DNA of 63,523 nucleotides, filler included, from 5 parts of 5 records of this genome joined end to end with filler, not necessarily neighbours in it, one strand, 5' to 3'; shown: positions 1 through 10,498, numbered from the whole stretch's first letter. Program-made: numbers and translations. Notes: a model not told the origin generated them from the sequence alone.

Positions 1-396
1 CATCCTTGTAGCCAAGAAGTTTTAGATAATAAGATGGCTTGTATTAGAATGAAAGGAAATGAGACTTTCAAACTTGCTGTTAAAACTTTAACTTCTGATG
101 TACAAGATATGATGGAAAAACATAATATCACTAATAAAGATATTACTCACTTTATCCCTCATCAAGCAAACTATAGAATTATCTCAGCAGTAGGAAAAGC
201 TTTAGGATTAAATGATGAACAAACAGTTGTAACTGTTGACAAATATGGAAATACTTCAGCTGCATCAATTCCAATGGCTATGAACTATGCTTATGAGCAA
301 GGTAAAATCAAAAAAGGTGATATGCTTTTATTTGATGCTTTTGGAGCTGGACTTACATGGGGATCTGCTTTATTCCCATTTGCACCAAAACAATAA
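1..396 (+). CDS. fabH: 3-oxoacyl-ACP synthase III, 5'-truncated
   Basis: Frame open from base 1; PHQAN and [10 protein letters not shown] motifs; GAGLTWG C-terminus. Confidence 0.95.
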   Translation, partial: HPCSQEVLDNKMACIRMKGNETFKLAVKTLTSDVQDMMEKHNITNKDITHFIPHQANYRIISAVGKALGLNDEQTVVTVDKYGNTSAASIPMAMNYAYEQGKIKKGDMLLFDAFGAGLTWGSALFPFAPKQ

Positions 397-530
397 ACTA
401 CTAGATGAGCTTTTTGCTCATCTTAAAACCTACATAATATTTACATTTATTTACTCTATAAAGAATACTTTTCAGTCACATTTGTTACAATAATAAAAAA
501 GTTTATTACATACAATTTAGGGACTAGGAC

Positions 531-1655
531 TTGACGAAAAAAATCACAGAAAACTTTGAGATTTTCCCTTGGAATGAAAATCTTGAAATAGGTATTGAAG
601 AAATAGATGAACAGCATAAGACTATTATAGAGCTTCTAAATAAGCTTGCTAATAGTTTAACACAAGATGAAGCTATTGAAGTAGAAGAGACTTTCAATGA
701 GTTAGCAAAATATGCAGATTTTCATTTTAAAAGTGAAGAGAAAGTTTGGCAAAAGCATATCAAAGACGAAGAACTTCTTAAACAACATAATCATAGTCAT
801 GAATCTTTTTTACCAAAAGTATTAGAGTTAAAAGAGAAAAACAAAGATAAAAACTATAATGAAGCTATTGAAGAGATTCTTCTATTTTTAATTAGATGGT
901 TAGCCTTTCATATAGTAGATGAAGACAAAAGGTTTGCATTAGTTATTAAAGCTTTAGAAGATGGTAAAAGTATGCAAGAAGCTGTTTTTGAAACTGAAAG
1001 TATGATGAGTGGTTCAATGAAAAGTCTTATTGAAACTATTCTTTCTATGTATGATAAATTATCTATTAAAACAATTAATCTTATTAGAGAAAGAAAAGCT
1101 AGACTTAAAGCAGAAAAAGAGCTTAGAAAGATTAATAAAAAGCTTGAAGAACTTTCAATAACAGACCAACTTACAAAAATATATAATAGAAGATATTTTG
1201 ATGAACAGTTTGAAAAAGAGCTTAAAGAAAAGAAAGATACAAATACACTTATTTCTGTAATGATATTTGATATAGATTACTTTAAAAAGCTAAATGACAC
1301 TTATGGACATGCAAAGGGTGATGAAGCCCTAATCGAAGTTTCAAAGTCTTTAAAACAATTATGTAAAGACAATAATATCTCTGTTTATAGAGTGGGTGGA
1401 GAAGAGTTTACTATTCTTTTTACTAATAAAAATGAAGAAGAGATTTTAACTATCTTAGATAAATTAGAAAACTCAATTGCTAAACTTGAAATTAAAAATG
1501 AAGGTAGTACAGTAAGTGATTATGTAACTATCTCAGGAGGTTTAGTAAGTTTAATTCCTACAGAAGAGTCAACTATTGATTCAATAATGAGACTTGCAGA
1601 TGAAAGACTTTATGAGGCAAAAAAAACAGGTAGAAATAAAATCATCTATAGTTAA
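531..1655 (+). CDS. Bacteriohemerythrin-GGDEF diguanylate cyclase
   Basis: N-terminal hemerythrin motifs (IDEQH, HFKSEE, H..SH, WLAFHIVDED); C-terminal DQLT...DIDYFK..ND..GH...GGEEF. Confidence 0.92.
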   Translation: MTKKITENFEIFPWNENLEIGIEEIDEQHKTIIELLNKLANSLTQDEAIEVEETFNELAKYADFHFKSEEKVWQKHIKDEELLKQHNHSHESFLPKVLELKEKNKDKNYNEAIEEILLFLIRWLAFHIVDEDKRFALVIKALEDGKSMQEAVFETESMMSGSMKSLIETILSMYDKLSIKTINLIRERKARLKAEKELRKINKKLEELSITDQLTKIYNRRYFDEQFEKELKEKKDTNTLISVMIFDIDYFKKLNDTYGHAKGDEALIEVSKSLKQLCKDNNISVYRVGGEEFTILFTNKNEEEILTILDKLENSIAKLEIKNEGSTVSDYVTISGGLVSLIPTEESTIDSIMRLADERLYEAKKTGRNKIIYS

Positions 1656-1664
1656 GCTTTAGTG

Positions 1665-1985
1665 CTAAAAATATTGCACTAAAGCCATATAAAAGATAGT
1701 TCCTAAAAAAATAGAAACCAAATAGTTTTTTAGAGTCAAATGTAAAAGGGCTGTAAAAACTATTCCCCCTACTTCTTTTATTCCATGTGGATATAAAGAG
1801 AAATCAACATCTTTCAAAGTATAAAAAACCAAAATTGTCATAATAGTTGCTGGGAAAAACTTCTCAATAAACTCCATTGACTTTGGTAAATCTTTCTTTG
1901 CAAAAAAAACAAAGGGAAATACTCTTGTCAAAAAGTTTACTACAGCCATAATTGCTATTGCAATATAAAGTTCCATACTACTCAT
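1665..1985 (-). CDS. azlD: Branched-chain amino acid exporter small subunit
   Basis: Small hydrophobic protein with TRVFPF motif, overlapping the azlC stop. Confidence 0.85.
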   Translation of the reverse strand: MSSMELYIAIAIMAVVNFLTRVFPFVFFAKKDLPKSMEFIEKFFPATIMTILVFYTLKDVDFSLYPHGIKEVGGIVFTALLHLTLKNYLVSIFLGTIFYMALVQYF

Positions 1986-2664
1986 TACTTAGCCTTTGTC
2001 TAAAAAAGAACAGTAATACTAAAGCAAGAGAAATAGTTACAATAAGCATCTTATCTGAAGGAACTAATATCAAAGCAACAACTGAAGCAATAGAGCCAAT
2101 TAAAAATGGTATTGAGTTTTTTAAGTTCTTATATTGTTCTATACAAAGAACAACAAAAAGAGCTGTTAATGAAAACTCTAGACCTGCTGTATTAAACTCA
2201 ATATTTGAACCAACGATTGCTCCTAAAGTTGCACCTGTAAACCAATAAGCTTGATTGAAAGCTGTCAAAAAGAAATAGTACCACTTCTTTTTTAGTTGCT
2301 CATCATCTTTTATTGTTGTTAATAAAGCATATGTTTCATCTGTCAAACCAAATATCAAATAAGGTTTTAGCTTTCCTGTTTTTTTAAATCTCTTTAATAA
2401 AGATAAGCCATAAAAGGATTGTCTTAAGTTTACAAACCAAGAAGCAATTGCTATATCTATATATCCTGCTTTTGCATTAAAAAAGTTTATTGCAACAAAT
2501 TGTAAAGCCCCTGCATAAATAAAAAGTGACATAAGAGGAGCTAAATACCATGGATAATCAAAAGATACTAACAGTAATCCAAAGGCAAAACCTAAAACAG
2601 AGTATCCCATCATAACAGGAATAGAGATTTTAAATGCAGTCTTTATTTCTCGTTCTAAACTCAA
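1978..2664 (-). CDS. azlC: AzlC family branched-chain amino acid exporter permease
   Basis: YAGALQF, NLRQ.FYG and FGLTDETYA motifs. Confidence 0.9.
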   Translation of the reverse strand: MSLEREIKTAFKISIPVMMGYSVLGFAFGLLLVSFDYPWYLAPLMSLFIYAGALQFVAINFFNAKAGYIDIAIASWFVNLRQSFYGLSLLKRFKKTGKLKPYLIFGLTDETYALLTTIKDDEQLKKKWYYFFLTAFNQAYWFTGATLGAIVGSNIEFNTAGLEFSLTALFVVLCIEQYKNLKNSIPFLIGSIASVVALILVPSDKMLIVTISLALVLLFFFRQRLSNE

Positions 2665-2666
2665 AA

Positions 2667-3104
2667 TTACTTAAATCTTTTGTTATTTGGATTGTTTTTA
2701 AAAATATTCATTGATTTTTCTTTGATTACATTTTCATTGTATTTATCTATTGTAGCAACTGAATTTACAAATAAAATAGACTCATCAACAACTATTTGGA
2801 AAACTGCATGAAATGGTATTTTAACTGTTGAACCAAAGTTTTCACTTCCAAAGCCTGCTTCAAAACTTATAAAATCTTCTTCTATTTTGATAGTACTGTA
2901 AGTATAATTTTTTAAAATAAATAGGGAAAACTTTGCAAGTTGTTCTTTTGTTGCAACAGGTAATTCAGGGTTGAAATCAACGGCATCAATATTTGCAGTT
3001 ATAGCAAACTCTTGACCTTTGTTTACTAAATAAATCATTGTATCTTTTACTTGTTCGCTAACTAATTCTTTGTATTCTACATCTTCTAATATATTGTTAA
3101 TCAT
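2667..3104 (-). CDS. Hypothetical protein
   Basis: 145-aa ORF co-oriented with azlC, 2 nt upstream of it. Confidence 0.7.
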   Translation of the reverse strand: MINNILEDVEYKELVSEQVKDTMIYLVNKGQEFAITANIDAVDFNPELPVATKEQLAKFSLFILKNYTYSTIKIEEDFISFEAGFGSENFGSTVKIPFHAVFQIVVDESILFVNSVATIDKYNENVIKEKSMNIFKNNPNNKRFK

Positions 3105-3144
3105 TTTTAATCCTGCATTTTAAATTAGTTTGTTATTATAACTT

Positions 3145-3786
3145 ATGAAACGCATAATTCTACTTATTTTAATTTCTACATTATTTTTACAAGCAAAAAG
3201 TATAACTTTAAATGACAAAGACAAAGAAGAGCTTAAAAATAATCCAAATAAAAAAGCCGTTTATTTACGACTTTTAAAATATTTAGAGTTAAAAACTAAA
3301 ATAAAAGACTTCTCACTAGAAAAAAAACTAAACTATGTAAATAGTTTTTATAACAAGATTTTACCTGTAAATGATTCTACAAAATATAGTTCAGATGATT
3401 ATTGGGCTACTCCAAAAGAGTTTATTATAGAAGGAAAAGGCGATTGTGAGGACTATGCAATTGCAAAATATTTTACCCTAAAAGAAGTTGGAATTCCTAA
3501 AGATAAACTTTTTTTAGCTGTTGTAAAAGTAAGAGGTGCAACAAACTATCATATGGTATTAACTTACTTAGAAAACAAAAATTCTATGCCTTTGATACTA
3601 GACAATCTAAGTTTTAGAGTTCTTCCTTTTGTCAAAAGAACAGATTTAACTCCAAAGTTTATTTTTAATGAAAAAGAAGCCTTTATATTAAAAAATAAAA
3701 AGATTCATAAAAGAGCAAAAATAGACTGGGGGAAAGAAGATAAATGGAAGAATCTTCTAAACCGAATCTATAAAGAGAATGAATAA
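3145..3786 (+). CDS. Transglutaminase-like cysteine protease (LapG/BTLCP family)
   Basis: Signal peptide; DYWATP.EF, GDCEDYAIAKY, HMVL and ILDN motifs. Confidence 0.9.
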   Translation: MKRIILLILISTLFLQAKSITLNDKDKEELKNNPNKKAVYLRLLKYLELKTKIKDFSLEKKLNYVNSFYNKILPVNDSTKYSSDDYWATPKEFIIEGKGDCEDYAIAKYFTLKEVGIPKDKLFLAVVKVRGATNYHMVLTYLENKNSMPLILDNLSFRVLPFVKRTDLTPKFIFNEKEAFILKNKKIHKRAKIDWGKEDKWKNLLNRIYKENE

Positions 3787-4331
3787 TCCTCTATTACATC
3801 AAAATCAATCATTGCATTCATAAGAGCTAATTTCTTACTTTGCTTTAGCATTTCTAAATCAATATCCTTTTCCACTAAAGAGCCCTCTTTTAAAAGCCTA
3901 GCTCTTGTAGTTCCTTCTAAAAGTGGTTTTTTAGGAGTCAACCAAGTAGTTCCATCATAAATAGCAATATTTGCAATTGAAGTATCAGTTACTAAACCAT
4001 TTTTTATGATAATAATTTCATCACAAGATCCTCTTTTCTCATACAAGCTATCAATACTACTTCTATCTAAATATTTTTTTGAATACTCTATTTTCTCATC
4101 TTCTATAATTTTAAAACTATTTATCTCTCTTTTTTTATAAGGGAAAAACTCTACACTTAAAATTGAGTTCTCATCATAAATAACTTTACATCTTAAAAGT
4201 TCATTTGATGGAGCATAAAGATACTCTTGAAGATTTAAATTCAAAGCCACAGCTTTTGCAACTCTTTTTTCATGGTATTCTAAATTAAAAACCTCATAAT
4301 CTTCACATCTAATTGTCTCAAAATAGTTCAT
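3768..4331 (-). CDS. Aminotransferase class IV family protein (PabC-like)
   Basis: FETI, DTSIANI and LLEGTTRARLL motifs; start placed at the ATG of MNYFETI. Confidence 0.85.
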   Translation of the reverse strand: MNYFETIRCEDYEVFNLEYHEKRVAKAVALNLNLQEYLYAPSNELLRCKVIYDENSILSVEFFPYKKREINSFKIIEDEKIEYSKKYLDRSSIDSLYEKRGSCDEIIIIKNGLVTDTSIANIAIYDGTTWLTPKKPLLEGTTRARLLKEGSLVEKDIDLEMLKQSKKLALMNAMIDFDVIEDYSFSL

Positions 4332-4398
4332 AAATATTGTCTCTTTATTGTTTATATTTTTGGTTATAATATCCAAAAAAATTTTAGGAACTACTAGT

Positions 4399-5065
4399 TT
4401 GATTGAAATTAAAAAGACAATAAAAAAATATGAAAACTTCTATGACACATTTAAATATGCTTATGTTGGTTTACCAAAAGGTTTTATGGGAATAAAAAAA
4501 CCTTATTTTGGACAACTATATAAATTCAAAAAAGAGTTTAAAAACTATAATGAGTATAAAGAAAAATTTCCTCTTGTTTTATTTATCCATGGTTCAAAGG
4601 GCTTAAATAAAGGAACTATTTATAGAAAATGGATTGTAGAACAAGGCTTTATTTTTATCTCTCCAAACTCACTAAAAATCAAAAATAGACCTACATATTC
4701 AACCCCTGATAAATTAAGTTCCTATGAAAAAGTTCATAAACTAAGACAAGCAGAGATTGTCTATAATCTAAAAAATATTTTAGCGTTTAACTTTGTAGAT
4801 AAAAATAATATGTTTCTAATGGGCAATTCTGAAGGTGGCTTAGCAGCAGCATTTTATAAAGGTAGTGAATTTAAAGGAAGAATAGTTACAGCTTATTCTT
4901 GTGAAAATAGTTACTACTCAAAAGATTTTAAAATTGGCGCAAAAAAGAAAGACCCATTTTTAAATATCATTGGAACCCATGATGAGTTTTTTAGTGAAAA
5001 ATCAGAACCTAATAAAGACCATGAAGTTCAAGGACATTGTACTAAAGCATTGAAAAAATATAAAA
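4399..5065 (+). CDS. Alpha/beta hydrolase (dienelactone hydrolase-like), 3'-truncated
   Basis: FIHGS and GNSEGG nucleophile elbow; runs into the spacer; TTG start inferred. Confidence 0.75.
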
Positions 5066-5165
5066 NNNNNNNNNNNNNNNNNNNNNNNNNNNNNNNNNNN
5101 NNNNNNNNNTTAATTAATTAANNNNNNNNNNNNNNNNNNNNNNNNNNNNNNNNNNNNNNNNNNNN
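5066..5165. other. Artificial contig-joining spacer
   Basis: N-run + TTAATTAATTAA (stops in all frames) + N-run; composition changes across it. Confidence 0.98.
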
Positions 5166-5245
5166 GACAAAACCGTGCAAAGACGACGTAATCCAGAAAT
5201 ACTCACTGGATATAAGACCGGAAGAATAGACAGAACACGCCACAC

Positions 5246-5280
5246 ACGCCACCCCGGCCATGCGCAGGGGTGGCGTTTTA
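5246..5280 (+). terminator. Probable intrinsic terminator hairpin
   Basis: ACGCCACCCC...GGGGTGGCGT stem followed by a short T-run. Confidence 0.55.
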
Positions 5281-5315
5281 TGTTCAAATATTAAGAGTTT
5301 ATCAGGCAGGGAATC

Positions 5316-5552
5316 ATGACAACGGAAGAAGAACGTAACGAACGATTGCAGAAGTGGGAAAAAAACAAACGCAGATGGTACAATACCTATCTGTTCATTG
5401 GGATCGGCATCAATTTCCTTCTGTATTTTACCAAACCATATGGGTTTGACCCGAGCGGCAGCATTTTCTGGGGCTCGCTCTTTGGGCTGGGGATTCCGCT
5501 GGCGACCATATTCGTTCTATCCTATCTCCACCAAAAACTGTTGGGACTGTAA
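5316..5552 (+). CDS. Small two-helix membrane protein
   Basis: 78 aa, two hydrophobic segments, purine-rich RBS. Confidence 0.7.
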   Translation: MTTEEERNERLQKWEKNKRRWYNTYLFIGIGINFLLYFTKPYGFDPSGSIFWGSLFGLGIPLATIFVLSYLHQKLLGL

Positions 5553-5555
5553 AAA

Positions 5556-6473
5556 TTGATAAAATACTTTGGAATGTTTTTGGGCATCTGCCTTTCGCTG
5601 GTATGCGCCATGCCTGCCCCGGTCTGTTTTGGTGACGTGCTGTTCGTTCACGATTACCAGAGCGATGAATACCTCATGGGCAAACAGGAATCCGAGCTTC
5701 GGGTGGGGTATACCCCCCGGGCCATGCTGGTTGACAAACAGACCCGCTACACCGGAAGCTGGATGAAGCGGTTTTTCGGTAAGGTCAAGGAGCAGCGGGA
5801 TACCACCCACTTTCTGTTGGAGAAACGCCAGATCCGGGAAATTGACTGGTATAAAAACCAAATTGTGACCCTGCCGTTTGAGAACATACACCACGTACGG
5901 ATGCTTCAGGCCAATAACGCCATGATGGAGGGAGCCGCGGAGATTATCAACGCCCGCTACAAGGTAGCAGATCCGGTGTTTACCATCACAGTGGCGCCTG
6001 AAACGAAAACGGTGGGCGGATATCCGTGCCGATACATCGAAGCCGACCTGCGGCTGGAGACCCGGGATCTTAAAAAGAACGCGGCCAGTATTACGCTGAT
6101 CCGTCAGCACCTGTGGGTATCGGAGGCCGTGCCCGGCGCTGATCAATATGATGATTTTCACCGCCGGCTGGCCGAAACCCTCGGGCTTGAAGCTGAAAGG
6201 CTGGGACAATTGAACTTCCTGCTTCGGTATTGGCAGGGACCGTTGGATCCCATCCGGGAATTCCTTATCCAGATCAAAGGTTATCCAGTTCAAAACGACT
6301 TTTCCGTCGAAGCTCAATATGTCAAAAATACCAACAACCCAACAACCTCTTCCGTGATTTCAAAAATGATCAAAAAAGAACGCATGACGCTGAGTGAGGC
6401 CAAGGTTATAGAGATCCTGGATGAAAGCCAATTTGCGGCAGTCGGTCCGTTTAGCGAAGTGACCCTTCAGTGA
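5556..6473 (+). CDS. Exported hypothetical protein (DUF4412-like)
   Basis: Signal peptide; ETKTVGGYPCRY and LWVSEAVPG segments typical of DUF4412-like proteins. Confidence 0.6.
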   Translation: MIKYFGMFLGICLSLVCAMPAPVCFGDVLFVHDYQSDEYLMGKQESELRVGYTPRAMLVDKQTRYTGSWMKRFFGKVKEQRDTTHFLLEKRQIREIDWYKNQIVTLPFENIHHVRMLQANNAMMEGAAEIINARYKVADPVFTITVAPETKTVGGYPCRYIEADLRLETRDLKKNAASITLIRQHLWVSEAVPGADQYDDFHRRLAETLGLEAERLGQLNFLLRYWQGPLDPIREFLIQIKGYPVQNDFSVEAQYVKNTNNPTTSSVISKMIKKERMTLSEAKVIEILDESQFAAVGPFSEVTLQ

Positions 6474-6523
6474 ATCTTTACAGGATCTTAGTATGACGGG
6501 GTGTATCCTTAGGAACGCTATAT

Positions 6524-6564
6524 CCGGGAGCGCGGGCGGGACGGCGGGACGCACGCGCTCCCGG
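6524..6564. terminator. GC-rich inverted repeat between convergent genes
   Basis: CCGGGAGCGCG / CGCGCTCCCGG perfect 11-bp stem. Confidence 0.55.
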
Positions 6565-6583
6565 GTTAAGTTTTATTTCGGAC

Positions 6584-7378
6584 TCATTCCTTAGTGCGCT
6601 TGGGAGGAAATAATCTATCAACAATGGATTGCTTCTCAACAGGTTTATTCATAAGTACATTTAAATTGTTTTTGGCAGTGTGATTTCTGTCCCATAGTGC
6701 AATTGCTTTTTTATAATTCTTTTTTGCTTCCAGCAGTTCTCCCCGATACCTGTTAATTACACCTAAATTTGCATATGTGACTGACAATCTTCTTTTTGTT
6801 TCAACTTGGGCAAGGATAAGATCATTTACACGTTTTTCTATGACATCATCAATATTCACTTCTTTCAGGGCCGGGTCATCTGAATAAAAAGTAGGCCTGA
6901 TTTTTTCATCAATTTCTTCAGGAGACAAAGTTCCCATTGCAGACAACCAGTTTTCATAGATTTGAATGGCGCCTTTTGTATATTCCAGGGCTGGTGAAAG
7001 CTCATCAATAATGTCATTCCTGTCAATTTTTTCCCCTGCAAGTAACCTTGTTTCCAATTTTACAAGGTATATACTTGCCTTGTTGTTTAAAATAACACCT
7101 ATTTCATAAGATTTTTCATAGCCAGGTGTTTTAAGGTAGATTATTTCCATAGCATTGAGAATGCTCATGGCTTCACCATATTGGTCACTTTCAAGCCCCT
7201 TTTCGTACTTTCTTAATAACTGCCTGGCTTGAGTTACACGCGGATCTTCTGAATCGTTAATCTTACTGTAATGCCAGACTGCATAACACAGCATAATTAA
7301 AACAACTGCAATAGTGCCGAACAAGACTTTAACAATACCTGTCTGGTTTTTTATAAAAACATTTGGTTTCAAAGGCAA
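6584..7378 (-). CDS. Membrane-anchored tetratricopeptide repeat protein
   Basis: N-terminal TM helix; TPR-like YANLGVI...A...YKKAIAL.....TAKNNL. Confidence 0.75.
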   Translation of the reverse strand: MPLKPNVFIKNQTGIVKVLFGTIAVVLIMLCYAVWHYSKINDSEDPRVTQARQLLRKYEKGLESDQYGEAMSILNAMEIIYLKTPGYEKSYEIGVILNNKASIYLVKLETRLLAGEKIDRNDIIDELSPALEYTKGAIQIYENWLSAMGTLSPEEIDEKIRPTFYSDDPALKEVNIDDVIEKRVNDLILAQVETKRRLSVTYANLGVINRYRGELLEAKKNYKKAIALWDRNHTAKNNLNVLMNKPVEKQSIVDRLFPPKRTKE

Positions 7379-7400
7379 AATCCGATCCTATAAAATGAAA

Positions 7401-7430
7401 CGTCTCTACTGCGTCCTTGCAGTAGAGACG
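7401..7430 (-). terminator. Hairpin downstream of the symporter
   Basis: Perfect 12-bp stem CGTCTCTACTGC/GCAGTAGAGACG, followed by TTTCATTTT on the minus strand. Confidence 0.65.
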
Positions 7431-7452
7431 AAAAAAAGTTTACCGGCTCAAT

Positions 7453-9135
7453 TTATTTTACGCCATGAACTGATTGTGCAAGATGTTTTTGGACTTCAAT
7501 GGGTGGCGGTTCAGTCATCAAAGAGACAACAATGTTTGCAAGCACTGCAAGGGGGCCTGCAATCCAGGCATAATACCATGGATTGAGCCAGTAATTCATA
7601 AAATCCTTACCAGGCAAATTCACACCGTACTTACCTGCAATAAAATAAGCAATAACTATAATTGAAATTGCTGAACCGGTTGCCAAACCGGCAATTCCAC
7701 CAGCTCTGTTCGCACGAGTCCACCAGATTCCGACCAGGAAAAGCGGGAACATTGTACATCCTGCAAGTGAGAACGCTACAGCTACAAGCTGGGCAATCAG
7801 ACCAAGTTTTAACAGGGCGATACATGCTACGATTACTGCCATGGCAATAGTGGAAAGCTTTACCATACGCATCTGCTGTTCACCTGTTGCATTCGGCTTA
7901 AATACTGAAAAATAAAGATCATGGGAGAATGCTGATGCACCTGCAACAAGCAACCCTGATACAGTTGAAAATGCTGCCGCCACAGCACCGGCAGCAAGGA
8001 AGCCGACGATAAGCGGATGAACCGAACCAAGCTGTGCAGTATAAACAACGATGGCGTCTTTTGCCAATGCCCCGACTTCAGGATTGGAAGAAAGAATTTT
8101 TCCAAACGCTGAATAAAGCGGCGCTGTCCAATACAGGATACAAATGAAAAACAGCCCCCAGGTTACAGACCAGCGGGCATCACTTGGTTTTGGCACAACA
8201 TAGAATTTTTGAATAACATGAGGAAGTCCGGCAGTACCGATCATCAGTGCAAAACAGGTTGCCATCCATTGGAAAAAGTCTTTTCCTGTTGCCGGATCCC
8301 AGGGCATTGCAAATTCGGGGCTTGGCACCGTTGCCATTGCATGCCCCAGAGAGCTGATATAAGGTGTAGCTGTGCCGGCCACAATATCAGAAACAACTTG
8401 ACCATATCCAATCTGTGGAAGAAGCCAGAAATAATCAAACTTGAATGTCAGTATATGTGCCGGAATCAGAAAAGCAATAATCAGAATTACATACTGAATC
8501 TGTTGATTTTTTGTTACACCCAGCATGCCTGAAATCAGGGTATAGATAAGAACAACCGAGGATCCGATAATAACGGACCAGGCATAATCCATACCAAAAA
8601 TCCATTTAAACATGATACCAATGCCGCCAAACTGACCAACGCAGTAGCTGATTGAAATACAGATTGCGATGACTGCAGTGGCAACCCGCATTCCACTGGA
8701 GTAATACCGATCGCCAATAAAATCCGTGGCTGTGAATTTTCCAAACCGCCTTACTTGTGCAGCCATAAGAACAAGAAGCAGTACATAGCCGCCTGTCCAG
8801 CCAACAACATAGGCCAACCCATGGTACCCGCTTCCGTACATAATCGCAGCCATTCCTAAAAAGGATGCCGCGCTCATCCAGTTTGAGGCAATGGCCATTC
8901 CGGAACCAAAGGCCGAAATCGAGCGGCCGGCAGCATAATAGTCACTTGTCCCTTCTGCCTTGTTCATAAATCCGACCGCAAGAAAAAGCCCGATCATGGC
9001 AATAAGGATCAAGGCCGGGATCAATTTAAATCCACCTTCCAAGCTTGCGCCACTGGCGGCAAAAACAGGTTGGGTTAGCGTGAATACGAGCAAGAATACA
9101 GTCAAAAACAATGATTTTATTTTTATAATATTCAT
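7453..9135 (-). CDS. actP: Cation/acetate symporter ActP-like (sodium:solute symporter family)
   Basis: DYYAAGR, SNWMSAASFLG and GTAGLPHV motifs; start at 9135 supported by AGGAG RBS; substrate not determinable. Confidence 0.85.
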   Translation of the reverse strand: MNIIKIKSLFLTVFLLVFTLTQPVFAASGASLEGGFKLIPALILIAMIGLFLAVGFMNKAEGTSDYYAAGRSISAFGSGMAIASNWMSAASFLGMAAIMYGSGYHGLAYVVGWTGGYVLLLVLMAAQVRRFGKFTATDFIGDRYYSSGMRVATAVIAICISISYCVGQFGGIGIMFKWIFGMDYAWSVIIGSSVVLIYTLISGMLGVTKNQQIQYVILIIAFLIPAHILTFKFDYFWLLPQIGYGQVVSDIVAGTATPYISSLGHAMATVPSPEFAMPWDPATGKDFFQWMATCFALMIGTAGLPHVIQKFYVVPKPSDARWSVTWGLFFICILYWTAPLYSAFGKILSSNPEVGALAKDAIVVYTAQLGSVHPLIVGFLAAGAVAAAFSTVSGLLVAGASAFSHDLYFSVFKPNATGEQQMRMVKLSTIAMAVIVACIALLKLGLIAQLVAVAFSLAGCTMFPLFLVGIWWTRANRAGGIAGLATGSAISIIVIAYFIAGKYGVNLPGKDFMNYWLNPWYYAWIAGPLAVLANIVVSLMTEPPPIEVQKHLAQSVHGVK

Positions 9136-9157
9136 ATTATTGATTCTCCTTATTATT

Positions 9158-9877
9158 TTATTCATCATCACTTTCCATTCCATGTTTCTTCATGACACCA
9201 TCAATGACATAGCAGTACACTAGGCATATCAGGTTAAAGAGCGTCAAAAGAAAAATAGAGGTATAAAAATAATGAAAAGGAAAACCAAATATTTTGGAAT
9301 CAGTTAGAAATGATTGATAATGGATCAGATATTTATCCATTATACCGGGAATCTCAGGGGCAGTAACACTAAGCGTTTTGTCAGCCATTGGCGCTAACGC
9401 AAAAGGTATTACCCCTTTTAGTACGGCATCCTGCTCAATTCCAAGCAGGCCGGCAATTGAAGTTACATCAACAGTGTGATCGGTTGCTGCCTGGGCCGCA
9501 GTCATCTTTAATGATTCTTGCTGATCATAGGGCATTGCAGCAAAAACTGCCGCAGTAAAAGCTTCTTTTAAAGGTTCACTTTGCTGTAATGCAATCGATT
9601 TTGCGATAAGCCCCAGGTAGACTTTAGCAATGCTGACATTGTCCTGGCTTGTCGCTGTGCCGTCTGTCAATTTCGGGTATACTTGTTCATAAACCGTATA
9701 CCCTGGTTCCGGTGTCGGTTTTTCAATCACCTTTAACAGGATATGAAAGCCGAACACAGCTACGGCCCAAATGACAATACTGATAACAATGATACGAACG
9801 TTGTCTTTGAGAAAAGCGGTTTTCGGTGTAAAGAAACTGATGTTGTAATCACGACTACTGCTAATTGAACTTTCCAT
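9158..9877 (-). CDS. Sodium:solute symporter small-subunit-like protein (DUF4212-like) with large internal insertion
   Basis: N-terminal 'N.RII...IVIWAVAVFG' helix and C-terminal 'IFGFPFHYF' helix; directly upstream of the actP-like gene. Confidence 0.75.
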   Translation of the reverse strand: MESSISSSRDYNISFFTPKTAFLKDNVRIIVISIVIWAVAVFGFHILLKVIEKPTPEPGYTVYEQVYPKLTDGTATSQDNVSIAKVYLGLIAKSIALQQSEPLKEAFTAAVFAAMPYDQQESLKMTAAQAATDHTVDVTSIAGLLGIEQDAVLKGVIPFALAPMADKTLSVTAPEIPGIMDKYLIHYQSFLTDSKIFGFPFHYFYTSIFLLTLFNLICLVYCYVIDGVMKKHGMESDDE

Positions 9878-10498
9878 TTCCCCTCCTTCATGCTTTTTGG
9901 TTTAGACTCTCGTACTATGTTTATTTGTTGAACAATATTTATACCCACCAAATTCCGATGGAATAATTGTTTTACTATAAAGCAGAGAAAATCTTACGTT
10001 AACATTAAGGCCAGGTATCAAAGCCATTGATATACCGCAACTCAGACAAATTAAGTCTGCCGCATTTGGCTACCTCGATTACGCAACCTGTAAATCAATA
10101 GATATAATTAAAGTCAATTTTATGTGCTGTTAAGAAAAGTTCACTATTTACTCTTACTACTGTCATAACAGAAAATTAAATTGAATGTCAAAAACAAAAA
10201 TTTATTTTTTTTGAATGTTCACTATTTGACTAAAGTTTCTTGATGATTGTTTTTTTGTTAACCTATTAAAATATAGTGTATGGTGTTGAAATTAAAGACT
10301 ATTGATTTTTGGATGGAGTTTTTATGCCCAGGAAAAATAAAATGGGGGTTTGCTGTTTGGATGCTGAAAGGTTTAAAAATTAAATTCATTCCTGCTATAA
10401 AATATATGTTATATGCGTTTAAAAAGCCGACAAAAAGCAGGAAATTTGAGTGTTTGACTAACCCAAATTTTCGCATGCGATTACATAGATATATAAAT

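Noticed and set aside
5110-5121. TTAATTAATTAA as a biological repeat
   Set aside because: Always centred in N-runs; an artificial all-frame stop linker.
5517-6317. 266-aa antisense ORF and the many short overlapping ORFs in the track
   Set aside because: Shadow frames of better-supported genes on the opposite strand or in another frame.
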